Both the position numbers and the translations under genes were made by a program. Source: Candidatus Poribacteria bacterium (lineage in GTDB: Bacteria; Poribacteria; WGA-4E; JAJDTR01). From it: a stretch of 64,000 nucleotides of DNA. Where the stretch lies: NCBI GenBank assembly GCA_965222225.1, contig CBDCTK010000002.1, forward strand, positions 1,248,001 to 1,312,000. Direction: 5' to 3'. Shown here piece by piece: positions 31,420 to 42,308 of the stretch (positions within the stretch are counted from its first letter, which is position 1; each line of letters begins with the position of its first letter). The notes below the pieces were generated by a model. It made no database searches, was not told where the DNA came from, and saw only the letters and a program-made list of their open reading frames with translations.

Positions 31420-32124
31420 TTACTTGTAACCTACCGCCCCGTTAATCGGACGGCTTAAAGGATAAGCTCTAATACCTGAACGTGAAGAACTGCTAAACAA
31501 ATCTTTTATCTTCCTCTCCATTTCCCCTTCACCATGAAAGCCCACATCTCGATCTCGAATAATCCCGTTTTTGTCAACATAATATGTGCAGGGAATACCT
31601 CTGACACCGTAGTCCTGGAATTGCATCTGTCCACCTAAGAGAACTGTATAGGAAATTTGTGATTGTGCAAAGTCGCGAACTGCCTGGTGATTGTTCTCAT
31701 TGTTCAAGCCTATAACGACTAAACCCCGATCTTTATACTTCTTGGACAAATACTCTAAGTGCGGTATCTCCATGCGACAAGGCCCGCACCACGTCGCCCA
31801 AAAGTTTATCACGACAGGCCTCCCCTTGAACTCTGATAATCTGACCCGATTCCCGCTCAAATCTTGTAACGTGAATAACGGAGCAGGCTGACCATGAAGA
31901 GGAAACTCTTCGTTAGGCGTTTCTGGTGGGGTCGTGTACCCCGCAAATTTCCGCTTCAGTCGCTCTTGTCTTCGTTGCTGTGCCTCTTCCAGCGCTGCAC
32001 AACTGATGATTGAGGTCAAGAGTAGGATTAGGACGGATATGGGAACCCACTTTTTGTCAAATCGGCTTGATTGTGCCATCAGATTATTCGCCTTTACCTC
32101 TTTACGATTACGACGTGAAGACAA
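31420..32124 (-). CDS. TlpA/ResA-like thiol-disulfide oxidoreductase lipoprotein
   Basis: Lipobox IISC; NFWATWCGPC, GIP. Confidence 0.88.
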   Translation of the reverse strand: MSSRRNRKEVKANNLMAQSSRFDKKWVPISVLILLLTSIISCAALEEAQQRRQERLKRKFAGYTTPPETPNEEFPLHGQPAPLFTLQDLSGNRVRLSEFKGRPVVINFWATWCGPCRMEIPHLEYLSKKYKDRGLVVIGLNNENNHQAVRDFAQSQISYTVLLGGQMQFQDYGVRGIPCTYYVDKNGIIRDRDVGFHGEGEMERKIKDLFSSSSRSGIRAYPLSRPINGAVGYK

Positions 32125-32649
32125 CTACCTAGATGGCCCTAAATGACTGCGATTATAGAACACACAAGGACTGACACTAGGGCAGTCCTGATTCCAACCC
32201 GCAAGCATGTGGAAACACATGAAAAACCCCGTGATTACGGATAACTCGGCTTTATCCATACCGCTAGAACTTTCGCGACTTCAACTGCGGTGGGAGTCTT
32301 CGATTGAAGGTTTCACATTAACTATGTACCCGACCACTACACACCTTAAGGTTCGCTGAGGTTGCCAAATTCATCGTACATTCACGGAAAACAATCTATG
32401 TCCAACAGCGGGAAAATCGCGTCTGCGTTTTCCGTTAATGAATTGTCGATGAACAATGCCGCCAATCCCTACCAGCCCAATGCCCAACTCCATCTTAGAT
32501 ACTTTCCTGCATGGGAACGAAAACCTACTCGACTCCCGCTTGATCATGGTATGAGCTCGCCATCAAAGACCATACTCATTCGGCAATATTTAGTTTTTCC
32601 GTGATTCTTCACTCAAACCAGATGCTTCAAGCTCTTTGGTCACGAAGGA

Positions 32650-33423
32650 TTACTGCATAATTGTATTTAATTCGTCGTCGGGGTCATCTAATTCAGATTT
32701 TTCGACTACTTCATCAATGGACTCGCTTCCGGTGGCTTCAATTTCGATAATACGAGCGGCACTCTGTTCTGTAACCGTGGACATACTTTTTCCCGCGATT
32801 TTGCGATCATTACTCCTAAGAACTATAAACTTTACTCTACCGATTGACATCATTGGAAAACGAAACTCAATCTTGCCGCCAGCAACAAATCGGATTGGAT
32901 TCGTCTTCGTATACTCTATTTTCCCATTTTTCACGAGAGCAATGGTTTCCCAGCGGTCTCCCGTGCAGACTCGCAATGCCCCCGAGTGAACACCACATTT
33001 GGAAGCTGGATATGTCTCGGAATCCAAGGTATGAATCACAATGCGATTAACTCGCTTCGGTTCGGGGAAACCTACTTCAATCGACGCTCCACCACGGGCT
33101 TCCGCTCGCGCGGTCTCCCACTGCCAACTGCGCCAGTTGTCTTTAAGATGTTGGCGCTCAAATTTGGCTTCCCATCCTTCTCCTTTGCTCCAGCTATCTG
33201 AGGATGCGATACCGTTAATTACGGTTTCAGGTTGATGATTGGTTGTAGACACGGAAGCAGTCACCGTCGCACCGTTTTCAATAAGAGCATAGTCAACCAA
33301 CCGGTCTGCACTTGTCCCCTGCTGCATAACCTCGGCAAGGCATCCAAAGTAACTCGCGCATATCACCAACAAAACACCGAGAATCCCTGTATCACGGACG
33401 TGTTTCATGACACAGTCCTCCAT
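32650..33423 (-). CDS. Putative lipoprotein, discoidin/F5-8-like, related to 29643-30350
   Basis: YFGC lipobox; VNRIVIH, IIEIEATG, acidic tail. Confidence 0.62.
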   Translation of the reverse strand: MEDCVMKHVRDTGILGVLLVICASYFGCLAEVMQQGTSADRLVDYALIENGATVTASVSTTNHQPETVINGIASSDSWSKGEGWEAKFERQHLKDNWRSWQWETARAEARGGASIEVGFPEPKRVNRIVIHTLDSETYPASKCGVHSGALRVCTGDRWETIALVKNGKIEYTKTNPIRFVAGGKIEFRFPMMSIGRVKFIVLRSNDRKIAGKSMSTVTEQSAARIIEIEATGSESIDEVVEKSELDDPDDELNTIMQ

Positions 33424-33624
33424 TGCGAATTACAACGTGCAATTACATTCTTGTCGTTCGATGAGGACCTTGTACGACTGTATTAATGCCATACTCAAAT
33501 TGACAGTTTGAAGTAGAACCAAGACTTACCTGTACATTTTGCATCTAGAAAGCTACTGTCTATTCGTCACAATCTAACGAGCGCTCTGGGCGGATCGGAT
33601 CCCGGCTTAAGTACAATCTATGCA

Positions 33625-34767
33625 CTAATCTGCCGCGATTTCAATCGACTCAACTTGAGCGTCACGGATGGCTTCACACAGATAAGTAATCCCCTCGGGA
33701 ATGTCGTCTACATGGCAGTAGGCATATGCAAGACGGATGCACTTAATTGGATCGCTACGATAATGAAATGCGCGCCCTTCGCTGAACCCTGCATTGTGTT
33801 TTCCCGCAAGCTCCCCGAGTTTCTCCATATCCGTTGTCTCCGGCAACGTAATCCAGAGAAAAAGCCCACCTCGTGGTTGTGTCCAACTACACAGATCCGC
33901 GACATTATTCTCAAGAGTTTCAATCACAGCCTGGCATTTCGCGCCCACTGCCGCATTCGTTACAGCCAAATGTTCGTCTAGGTGGTTCTTGAAGAATTCT
34001 GCGACGATTGCACTTGCAAGCGCGCTTGTTCCACCGTCCCAACGATTTTCGTGAATGGCGTCGTAGTACGGTTGCCTCGCGACAAAGTACCCCTGCCGTA
34101 CCCCCGCCCCCAGAATCTTCGAAAATGTTGCGATGAAAATCACGCGATTGGAGTCGTCAAGTTTGAACAGGGCATCAGGCGTTGGATTCGGCACAAAGTC
34201 GATATCGCCGTAGCAGTCGTCTTCAATAATCAGAGTGTCATAGGCATTTGCCAACTCAAGCATTCTTTCGCGTCGTTCCAGCGTGAGAATTGCCGCTGTA
34301 GGATTTTGGTGATTCGCAGTTGTATAAATCAACTTCGGACGAATGCCTTGCGCTTTGAGCGTCTTCAAGCGTGCCTCAAGTGCGTCCACGTTCATTCCAT
34401 CAACATAGTCCATCGGAATGCCAACGATATTCGCCTTGAGATGTCTCATTATGCCGAGCGTACCACTGTAGGTTAATTCTTCAGTCAGAATTGCATCACC
34501 AGGTTCAATAAAGGTACTTAGTACAAGATCCAGTGCCTGCATTGAACCCGATGTAAGTGAGATGTTGTCCACGGGAAGGGGCACGCCTTCACGTCGTTCA
34601 AACCGCACTGAAGCTAGCTCGCGTAACCCGCGGTATCCATTATCGCCAGGATAGTTCACGAGACTGCCACCCAGATCTCGAAGCGCTTTTGCGCTCGCTT
34701 CAACTAACGCTTCGGTTGGAAACGTGAACGGATCAGGACGGCCTCCGGTAAAAGCAAAGTCTTTCAT
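33625..34767 (-). CDS. PLP-dependent aminotransferase class I/II (LysN/ARO8-like)
   Basis: GSMQAL, HQNPT, IEDDCY, TFSKIL, PRGGLFLW. Confidence 0.9.
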   Translation of the reverse strand: MKDFAFTGGRPDPFTFPTEALVEASAKALRDLGGSLVNYPGDNGYRGLRELASVRFERREGVPLPVDNISLTSGSMQALDLVLSTFIEPGDAILTEELTYSGTLGIMRHLKANIVGIPMDYVDGMNVDALEARLKTLKAQGIRPKLIYTTANHQNPTAAILTLERRERMLELANAYDTLIIEDDCYGDIDFVPNPTPDALFKLDDSNRVIFIATFSKILGAGVRQGYFVARQPYYDAIHENRWDGGTSALASAIVAEFFKNHLDEHLAVTNAAVGAKCQAVIETLENNVADLCSWTQPRGGLFLWITLPETTDMEKLGELAGKHNAGFSEGRAFHYRSDPIKCIRLAYAYCHVDDIPEGITYLCEAIRDAQVESIEIAAD

Positions 34768-34994
34768 AATTCAATCCTTGAATTGTCTAAGGTATTCTAG
34801 TTATGAGGTACGTAGGCAGCTAAATTCCAGAGTCAGATTATAAAGTATGTTACCACAAATGTAGCGAAAATCCTAAGAAAAAGTACCTGACGAACCGGAC
34901 ACGAAAAAGACATCTATCCACACGCCTCGCCATAGTTGCAACAAAGCGACTGTTATCGATTGACCCGACAGCCTTGAAGTGCTAAAATGAAGAG

Positions 34995-35576
34995 GTGGCG
35001 GTGCACAGCGTTTATATTGCCGATCGTATCAATCTTTCGAATTGCGATTCTTCCACCTTTGCTAAACCATCGCAGACAGCAGTGAGAATCAAGAAGCCCT
35101 TCCCGAACATTGAGCTCGATTATATACGGCAGAGCGATTTACAAATAATCGCTGAAATTGAGCGTCAATCGTTTTCAGATCCATGGAGCCTGTCCACACT
35201 CCAAGAAGCAATTGACGGAAAGAACCCGCATTCCTATTTCCACGTCGCCCGGCTCAGTCAGGTTCCAGTTGCATACGTGAACTATTGGCTAATTCTAGAC
35301 GAAGCCCACATCGTAAATTTCGCCGTGTCACCCGCATACCGGCGCACAGGTCTGGGAAAATATCTGCTCGCGAAATCGTTGGAACGTATTCGAGATCTAG
35401 GAGGACGCCTAGTTCATCTCGAAGTGCGTCTGAGTAATATTCCAGCGCAAAATCTTTACCGCCAGTTGGGATTTCGGCTTGTACACGTTCACAAGCGGTA
35501 TTACCGAGATAATAATGAAGACGCTTGTATCTTCCAGATGGAAGACCTATTGGATTTCGATTTCGAGATACGATGA
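34995..35576 (+). CDS. rimI: Ribosomal-protein alanine N-acetyltransferase
   Basis: FSDPWS, DEAHIVNFAV, LEVRLSN, YYRDNNEDA. Confidence 0.9.
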   Translation: MAVHSVYIADRINLSNCDSSTFAKPSQTAVRIKKPFPNIELDYIRQSDLQIIAEIERQSFSDPWSLSTLQEAIDGKNPHSYFHVARLSQVPVAYVNYWLILDEAHIVNFAVSPAYRRTGLGKYLLAKSLERIRDLGGRLVHLEVRLSNIPAQNLYRQLGFRLVHVHKRYYRDNNEDACIFQMEDLLDFDFEIR

Positions 35577-35928
35577 TTGGTAATTTCAGAAGACGTTCCA
35601 GCGCCATCCAAGCCCATTGAACCATATTTGCAAGAGGTCAACCCTTCCAATCCAAACCAAGAAAATCACGCACCCGTCTTTACCTTCCCACCTAAGCTAT
35701 CCAAGGAGACCAGTCATGATAATTTTCTTGCAGGTTAGAAAGAGGTGTGATACAATTTGATTGAGATTATATTAGCATTGAGGTGGATTTGCTCGGCATT
35801 TATCTAACGTCATAATTGTACACGTGTTGAATACTTTGGCGATGCCGGTCACAGTATTGACATAACAATCTCCCGGGCCACCATGTGAAATATCTTGGAT
35901 AACTGTTTTTCCCACCGTGGGGATAGGC

Positions 35929-36441
35929 ATGAACACATCCGTATTGGTATTGAATGCGAGCTACGAGGCAATTAACGTCTGTAATCTCAAGCGCGCTGTG
36001 AAGATGATTGTCAAGGGGGCTGCAAGTATGGAGGAAGTTTCTGACCGTAAGATTCATTCTCCAACCGCTTCAATGCCCATTCCTCTTGTGATTCGACTTA
36101 TAACCTATGTGCATATTCCTCACTGCGTTGTGAAGTTCTCTCGAAAAAACGTCTTTATTCGCGACCAATACACATGTCAATACTGCCACACAAATTTCCC
36201 TCCATCTGTACTCACACTCGATCATGTTATTCCCCGCTCCCGTGGAGGCGCAACCGTTTGGGAAAACGTTGCAACCGCATGCAAAAAATGCAACACAAAG
36301 AAAGGGAATCAAACTCCCTATGAAGCGAGGATGTTTACCAAACGTTCACCTAAAGCCCCATCAATTCTCACTTATTTACACCTCAATCGCCATTTCCGCG
36401 GCTACGATCCTGCCTGGAAGAAATACCTGTACATCAACTGA
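35929..36441 (+). CDS. HNH endonuclease
   Basis: VLVLNASY, RDQYTCQYC, TLDHVIPRSRGG, CKKCNTKKG. Confidence 0.92.
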   Translation: MNTSVLVLNASYEAINVCNLKRAVKMIVKGAASMEEVSDRKIHSPTASMPIPLVIRLITYVHIPHCVVKFSRKNVFIRDQYTCQYCHTNFPPSVLTLDHVIPRSRGGATVWENVATACKKCNTKKGNQTPYEARMFTKRSPKAPSILTYLHLNRHFRGYDPAWKKYLYIN

Positions 36442-36442
36442 G

Positions 36443-37114
36443 ATGGCGAGATTTCCAATCTTTAAGTCGTTTAATTTACTTATTGGCCTATCTTTTCTGT
36501 TTCTAGGATGTGGTTGGCGTGCGCCGAAGGACTACTACTTCGAGTTTACACTTATGGAAGAATGGGGAAAACACAATCGACAGCGCACCGGTCGCAATCC
36601 GCGTCAAACGGTTTCCCATCCAGAAAAATCTGAGCTTCTTGCAATTGCATTTGAAATTGGAAAAACGCCGACACAACTAATCGGTTTCAAACCATACAAA
36701 ATCCCCAGGCCTCAACTTACGGACCAGCCTCCTCAACGTATGCTGCCTAGAGTACCCATTTCATGGCAACAAGACGCAATACGTCAAGTCTTTCAGAAAC
36801 AGAAGATTCAAGTAACCTATTGGAGATCCAAAAATGGGCGACTTGAAGGCAAACAGAATGTGGTCCAAGTTCATTTTATCCCGCGTGCGCTTTCGGATCG
36901 GGCAATTAAACAAGAATTCCTGATGATTTGTGCAATCGTACATGGAGCGCAATTAGAACCGGACACTATTGATGTTGTCAGAGCCATTGCCGAAGATGAA
37001 GATGGCACGCCAAAAATGAGGTTGGAAACACAAGTGGAAAACTACAAAGCTTTCCTTGAAGAACGAATTAACTTGGGGGAGTGGGAGAGTCAACTGCGAT
37101 TTGATAAATTTTGA
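36443..37114 (+). CDS. Hypothetical lipoprotein
   Basis: ATG just after HNH stop; signal with LFLGC lipobox. Confidence 0.6.
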   Translation: MARFPIFKSFNLLIGLSFLFLGCGWRAPKDYYFEFTLMEEWGKHNRQRTGRNPRQTVSHPEKSELLAIAFEIGKTPTQLIGFKPYKIPRPQLTDQPPQRMLPRVPISWQQDAIRQVFQKQKIQVTYWRSKNGRLEGKQNVVQVHFIPRALSDRAIKQEFLMICAIVHGAQLEPDTIDVVRAIAEDEDGTPKMRLETQVENYKAFLEERINLGEWESQLRFDKF

Positions 37115-37115
37115 T

Positions 37116-37481
37116 ATGGCACACGCACCACACCCTGAAAAGCTGAAAAAAAAGTGGGAATTTCAGCGAGGATATAGAAAGGGGCGAAAATATTGGAATC
37201 GCGAGTTTGTGGTCTACGTGTATCAAAATATGTTCAATAGCACACGCTTAGGCATCACAGCTAGCAAGAAGATTGGGAAGAGCGTACAGAGAAACCGCAC
37301 CAAACGATTGATTCGAGAAGTGTTTCGACTGTCGAAAGAGAGAATCCATCCCGGGTATGATATTATCGTAGTCGGCAGATCGCCCTCAATCTATCTCAAG
37401 TATCAGGGCGCTCAAAAAGCCCTTCTACACCTCTTTCGGAAAGCCCGAATTCTGAAAGAAACAGTGAGAATTCTCAGATGA
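37116..37481 (+). CDS. rnpA: Ribonuclease P protein component
   Basis: RLGITASKKIGKSVQRNRTKRLIRE. Confidence 0.95.
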   Translation: MAHAPHPEKLKKKWEFQRGYRKGRKYWNREFVVYVYQNMFNSTRLGITASKKIGKSVQRNRTKRLIREVFRLSKERIHPGYDIIVVGRSPSIYLKYQGAQKALLHLFRKARILKETVRILR

Positions 37482-37735
37482 GCTGCCTTCTGATTTACGC
37501 TGTACGCTTTTATCGCATATGTATATCTCCATTATTTCCGCCAACCTGTCGTTTCTATCCATCTTGCTCGCAATACGCACTGGAAGCCATTCAGACATAT
37601 GGTGCTTTGAAGGGTAGCTGGATAACAATTAAGCGTCTCTCAAAATGCCATCCTTATCACCCTGGTGGCTACGATCCACTTACAAACTCGGACGAAGAGT
37701 CTGAATCTAATCCCTGTTATGGCACCTCAGATTAG
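37478..37735 (+). CDS. yidD: Membrane protein insertion efficiency factor
   Basis: CRFYPSCSQYA, CHPYHPGGYDP. Confidence 0.95.
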   Translation: MSCLLIYAVRFYRICISPLFPPTCRFYPSCSQYALEAIQTYGALKGSWITIKRLSKCHPYHPGGYDPLTNSDEESESNPCYGTSD

Positions 37736-37779
37736 CAGAGCCTAAATTCCTATTTTTCCGCAAGGAGCTTCTAAATTTC

Positions 37780-39666
37780 ATGGGACAACGTTACATCTTG
37801 GCACTGGTACTAATGATAATTGTGATGTTTGCTTGGAGCCTGTTATTCGGCAACCGATTGTCGAAGCAGAGAACCGCGCAGAAAGAAGGGCAAACATCCG
37901 AACAGACAAGCGAAACTCAATCTCCGCATGACGACGAAGACGTAGCAGATGCAGATGGACAACAAAGAACCGATGAAATAGAACGTAATACGCAAATCCA
38001 ACAAAGCGCGGAAGCACACATTCGGACAGATCGATACGAGATTACTTTTGCAACCAATCCTGGCGCTGGAACAGTTGTTGCCCGAGAATGGTCTCTTCGG
38101 ACATATCAAGATCGCTCCGACACTGGCGAACTCTTGAACCTTATCCCAACAACTTCCCAAAATTGGTTGGCACTTTGGTTTTCCCATCCACAATTGCAGC
38201 TAGACGTGAGACAGTCAGTGTGGACCGTGGATAAAACAGAAGTGGACCTCACCGGGGAGAGTCCTGAGGTAGAGGACTCCATTACTTTTACCGCGCAGAT
38301 TGGCGAAAACCTGAAGTTTTCGAAAGAGTTTACCTTTTACCGAGATAGCTACTATGTTGACCTTGAGTTGAAATTTCAGAATCTATCGAATGACACTCTG
38401 TCCGTATTGCAAGTGACGAATGAGAATCAGGAAAATGGATACAAACTTCGCTGTGGCCCTGGAATAGACGCAGATCTGCTGCCCCATGAGCGACAGCATG
38501 GCGGGAAAGGTCGATGGGGGAAAAACGCAGGTGCCAGAGCTTATACCGGGGTCGGCAAGGCGGAGAGAGAACTCCGTGACTCACAGCTTAGAGAACCGGT
38601 CCTTTGGGCAGGGCTAAATAGTAACTATTTTGCTGCACTAATGATCCCCGAGCCTGGGTTAAACACTCAATATCGTTTAGAGGAACTCAAGGACAACGGC
38701 ACACCGTCCACGCCCAATGTTGCAGCGCCAGCTGAAACCGCTAGTTTGATGATTCCGGGTTTTCCATTAGAGTCAAACGGTAGACGTACACACATCTTTC
38801 GCATCTACGTCGGCCCTAAGGATGCCGCTATCCTAAAACAGATTCAAGCGCCGGTTTTGCCTGAAACTCCGATTAGACTCTCGAAAATCATAGATTTCGG
38901 GTTCTTCTGGCCTGTCGCTTGGGCATTGCTTTGGCTACTTAATGGGTTGCACGGAGTCTTTCGGAACTACGGCGTCGCCATTATTCTGCTAACTGCGTTA
39001 GTGAAGGTAGTTTCATATCCGCTGACGCACAAGGGACACAAATCAATGAAAGAGATGCAGAAGCTGCAACCCCTCCTTACTGAACTGCGGGAGAAACACA
39101 GAGACGATCCCCAGAAACTGAATAAGGCGACAATGCGATTGTACAAGGAACACGGCGTAAACCCACTAGGAGGCTGCATCCCCTATCTGCCTCAGATACC
39201 AGTCTTCATTGCGCTATTCTCGTTGCTGGGCAGTGCGGTTGAACTGCGCGGTGCCCCATTCCTTTTGTGGATAAACGATCTGTCTGCTCCCGATGCCATA
39301 GTTGTTCTCCCCTTCACCATACCTCTCGTCAACATAGATACGCTTCGGCTTTTACCACTGCTTAATGGACTAACAACGTGGCTACAACAGAAGGTAATGG
39401 GTAATATGACGCCTGTTACCGATAATATGCAAGCAAAACTAATGCAGTTCATGCCGCTCATTTTCGTTTTTCTCTTTTATAATTGGGCAGCAGGATTCGT
39501 GCTATACTGGTTATTTAACAATGTCTTCACCGTTGGACAACAATATCTCCAGTCGCGCGGGTCAAATGGTGCAGATGAAACGATTGCAAAATCCGCGGCG
39601 TCGACTAAAACGCCTGATTCACCGAGAAAACTTTCCACTTCATCAAAACAGAAGCAAAACAAATAA
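37780..39666 (+). CDS. yidC: Membrane protein insertase YidC
   Basis: YVGPK, IDFG, NYGVAIILLT, VNPLGGC, WINDLSAPD. Confidence 0.96.
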   Translation: MGQRYILALVLMIIVMFAWSLLFGNRLSKQRTAQKEGQTSEQTSETQSPHDDEDVADADGQQRTDEIERNTQIQQSAEAHIRTDRYEITFATNPGAGTVVAREWSLRTYQDRSDTGELLNLIPTTSQNWLALWFSHPQLQLDVRQSVWTVDKTEVDLTGESPEVEDSITFTAQIGENLKFSKEFTFYRDSYYVDLELKFQNLSNDTLSVLQVTNENQENGYKLRCGPGIDADLLPHERQHGGKGRWGKNAGARAYTGVGKAERELRDSQLREPVLWAGLNSNYFAALMIPEPGLNTQYRLEELKDNGTPSTPNVAAPAETASLMIPGFPLESNGRRTHIFRIYVGPKDAAILKQIQAPVLPETPIRLSKIIDFGFFWPVAWALLWLLNGLHGVFRNYGVAIILLTALVKVVSYPLTHKGHKSMKEMQKLQPLLTELREKHRDDPQKLNKATMRLYKEHGVNPLGGCIPYLPQIPVFIALFSLLGSAVELRGAPFLLWINDLSAPDAIVVLPFTIPLVNIDTLRLLPLLNGLTTWLQQKVMGNMTPVTDNMQAKLMQFMPLIFVFLFYNWAAGFVLYWLFNNVFTVGQQYLQSRGSNGADETIAKSAASTKTPDSPRKLSTSSKQKQNK

Positions 39667-39733
39667 TGGTCGGTGCAGCGCATTATTCCTTTCTGACTGA
39701 CACGGTTAGGGCTATTTTAGGAGGAAATCAAGC

Positions 39734-40390
39734 GTGCAACAATACATTGAAATGGAAGGAGAGACGACTGAAGAAGCCTTAAACCGTGCCCTTGAAGAAC
39801 TAGGTGTTGACCGAGACTTGGTCAATGTGAAGGTACTACGTGAGCCGACTAAGGGAATTCTGAAGTTAGGTGCGAAACTCGCTCAGGTTAGGGTAACGCT
39901 CAAGGAGAACATTTCCGCTTCGCCTGAAGCGGTCCTGGACGAAATCTTTTCCCGCATGGAAATAGAGGCGACAACTGAATCTCAAATCATTGATGGAAGC
40001 ATCCACCTCACCATAAGTAGCGACAGGCCCGGGTTGCTTATTGGTAGACGTGGACAAACATTAGATGCAATTGAACACGTACTGAACTGCATTCTGAGTA
40101 AGTCATCTCTCGTTAAACGGAAAGTGCATATCGATGCCGAAGGCTATCGCGAACGACGAGAAAAAATGCTTGTGGATCTGGCATCAACCATGGCGAACAA
40201 AGTCAGAGAAACAAAGCAAGAGGTCGTTCTAGACCCTATGCCACCACGGGATCGCCGAATCGTACACCTTGCCTTACAATCAGACAAACGTGTCCACACA
40301 TACAGCCGTGGTGAAGGCCTGATGCGGTGTGTTGTTGTGACGCCGCGCGAAGCATCAAATGGGGACTCGGAGGAAAATGCTCCTGTCTGA
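39734..40390 (+). CDS. khpB: Jag/KhpB RNA-binding protein
   Basis: Jag_N, KH (LIGRRGQTLDAI), R3H (RRIVH). Confidence 0.92.
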   Translation: MQQYIEMEGETTEEALNRALEELGVDRDLVNVKVLREPTKGILKLGAKLAQVRVTLKENISASPEAVLDEIFSRMEIEATTESQIIDGSIHLTISSDRPGLLIGRRGQTLDAIEHVLNCILSKSSLVKRKVHIDAEGYRERREKMLVDLASTMANKVRETKQEVVLDPMPPRDRRIVHLALQSDKRVHTYSRGEGLMRCVVVTPREASNGDSEENAPV

Positions 40391-41762
40391 CACCATCGCG
40401 GCAATCGCAACCCCTCATGGGGAAGGCGGCATTGGAATTGTTCGTGTCAGCGGCAGCCTCGCCATATCAATTGCTTGTAAGATTTTCAAATCTCCACAAC
40501 ACGCCTCCCTTTTAGATTTTCCTTCGCATACACTGAACTACGGACATATCGTCGATCCGATTATAGGGGATGTCGTTGATGAAGTCATGTTAGGCATTAT
40601 GCGTGCCCCAAAATCCTACACGGCAGAAGATGTCGTCGAATTCAACTGCCACGGTGGTAGTGCTCTGCTAACCACAGTCCTCGACTTGACATTGCAAGCA
40701 GGCGCGCGCCTAGCGGAACCGGGTGAATTTACCCGCCGTGCTTTTCTTAATGGAAGAATCGACCTTGCCCAAGCCGAGGCGGTTGCCGACCTTATTCGGG
40801 CAAAGACCGATCTTGCCCGTCAAATTGCGGTGGACGGACTGACAGGTCGGCTCTCGCGGGAAGTAAACTCCCTCAACGACCGGCTTGCCAATCTTCTCGC
40901 GGAAGTCGAGGCCTCAATTGATTTTCCTGAGGAAGAACTTGATTTCTTGGATTTGGATGCTATGCGTCGAACCGCGCAGGCTATCCAAGATGGATTGGAA
41001 CAGTTGATAGCGACAGCATCAGACGGAAAAATCGTACGAGATGGAATAAACATCGCGATTCTAGGCAAACCAAACGTCGGTAAATCAAGTCTGCTGAACA
41101 GACTGCTCAAATCGACGCGCGCAATAGTTACAGAAATCCCCGGTACAACACGGGATACAATTGAGGAAACGTTGAATCTCCGTGGCATCCCGGTCAACTT
41201 AACCGACACGGCGGGTATACGCAGGACGGAGGACATTGTTGAGCGGCAAGGGGTTGAGCGGAGTAAGAGCTATTTTGACCGCGCAGCCTTGATTTTGATG
41301 GTGTTTGATGCGTCGGAGCCGTTGACGGATTTAGACATAGAGTTACTGGGGGAAGCATCCTCGCGGAACACTATTCTCGTTTCGAACAAGATGGATCTGC
41401 CCATCGCAACTGCGCCCAAGGATTTGCAACTTCATGCCCCTGAAAAAACAGTGGTTCAAACTTCAATGCTTCATGGAGGGGGGATTGAGGAGTTGAAATC
41501 AGCGGTGATTCAGCATGTCATTGGAGGCGGCTTTGTCCTGGGAGACTCACCCATTATCGCCAATGTTCGTCATGACGATGCTTTACGCCGGGCGCAAACC
41601 GCTCTCTCGCACGCGATAGAAAGTCTTGATGCGAGCATGCCGCCGGAATTCATTGCCGTTGATTTGCGCAGCAGTCTTGATGCCATTGGCGAAATTGTCG
41701 GCAAAACCACGACCGAGGATATTCTTGACCGTATCTTCTCGCAGTTTTGTATCGGCAAGTGA
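40377..41762 (+). CDS. mnmE: tRNA modification GTPase MnmE
   Basis: DTIAAIAT, GKPNVGKSS, GTTRD, FCIGK. Confidence 0.97.
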   Translation: MLLSDTIAAIATPHGEGGIGIVRVSGSLAISIACKIFKSPQHASLLDFPSHTLNYGHIVDPIIGDVVDEVMLGIMRAPKSYTAEDVVEFNCHGGSALLTTVLDLTLQAGARLAEPGEFTRRAFLNGRIDLAQAEAVADLIRAKTDLARQIAVDGLTGRLSREVNSLNDRLANLLAEVEASIDFPEEELDFLDLDAMRRTAQAIQDGLEQLIATASDGKIVRDGINIAILGKPNVGKSSLLNRLLKSTRAIVTEIPGTTRDTIEETLNLRGIPVNLTDTAGIRRTEDIVERQGVERSKSYFDRAALILMVFDASEPLTDLDIELLGEASSRNTILVSNKMDLPIATAPKDLQLHAPEKTVVQTSMLHGGGIEELKSAVIQHVIGGGFVLGDSPIIANVRHDDALRRAQTALSHAIESLDASMPPEFIAVDLRSSLDAIGEIVGKTTTEDILDRIFSQFCIGK

Positions 41763-41931
41763 TTTTGGATTCAGAATACACAAGAGAACGAAAGACCAAT
41801 TTCGCGGAGTGCAACCAAATCGTGCTAGTGGTGTTTCAATGCAGGTAGGAAAGGAATAATTCACCATCTTATTTCTTTCCAAAATTAGTATTGGGTTGTC
41901 TCTTTGGCTGACGTTGGCAAAGGAGCAGTTA

Positions 41932-42153
41932 ATGTTAACCCCAAAAGAAAAATGGTGTCATCGCTGCAATCGCTATGTGGAAACTGAGGTAAAGCATGCG
42001 AAAGTTGGAAAACTCGGAAAGTTGGCGAAGATTGTTGTCACCTGTCGAAAGTGCCGAACAACACTGAGCAGTAAGACAACAAGCGCATCTGTCCTTGAGA
42101 ATATGACGGCAGAGGCGCCGACGAAAGAAGCGGAACATGCCGAAAAGGAATAG
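41932..42153 (+). CDS. Small zinc-ribbon protein
   Basis: AGGAG RBS; CHRC and CRKC. Confidence 0.6.
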   Translation: MLTPKEKWCHRCNRYVETEVKHAKVGKLGKLAKIVVTCRKCRTTLSSKTTSASVLENMTAEAPTKEAEHAEKE

Positions 42154-42308
42154 GAAAACCTGTGTCGTGAGGATTAACTAATCTCACCATCTCGGACACA
42201 AATGTTCTCAAAACCCCTTAGCGAACCGAAACCGATAATCGCCCTAAACCCAAACAGGGATTCAATCTTTTCATCCCGAATGCATTCTAATTCATAAGGA
42301 GAAAATTC

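Noticed and set aside
34914-34922. DnaA-box-like sequence near the rnpA/yidC cluster
   Set aside because: Single mismatched box and no dnaA; not evidence for oriC
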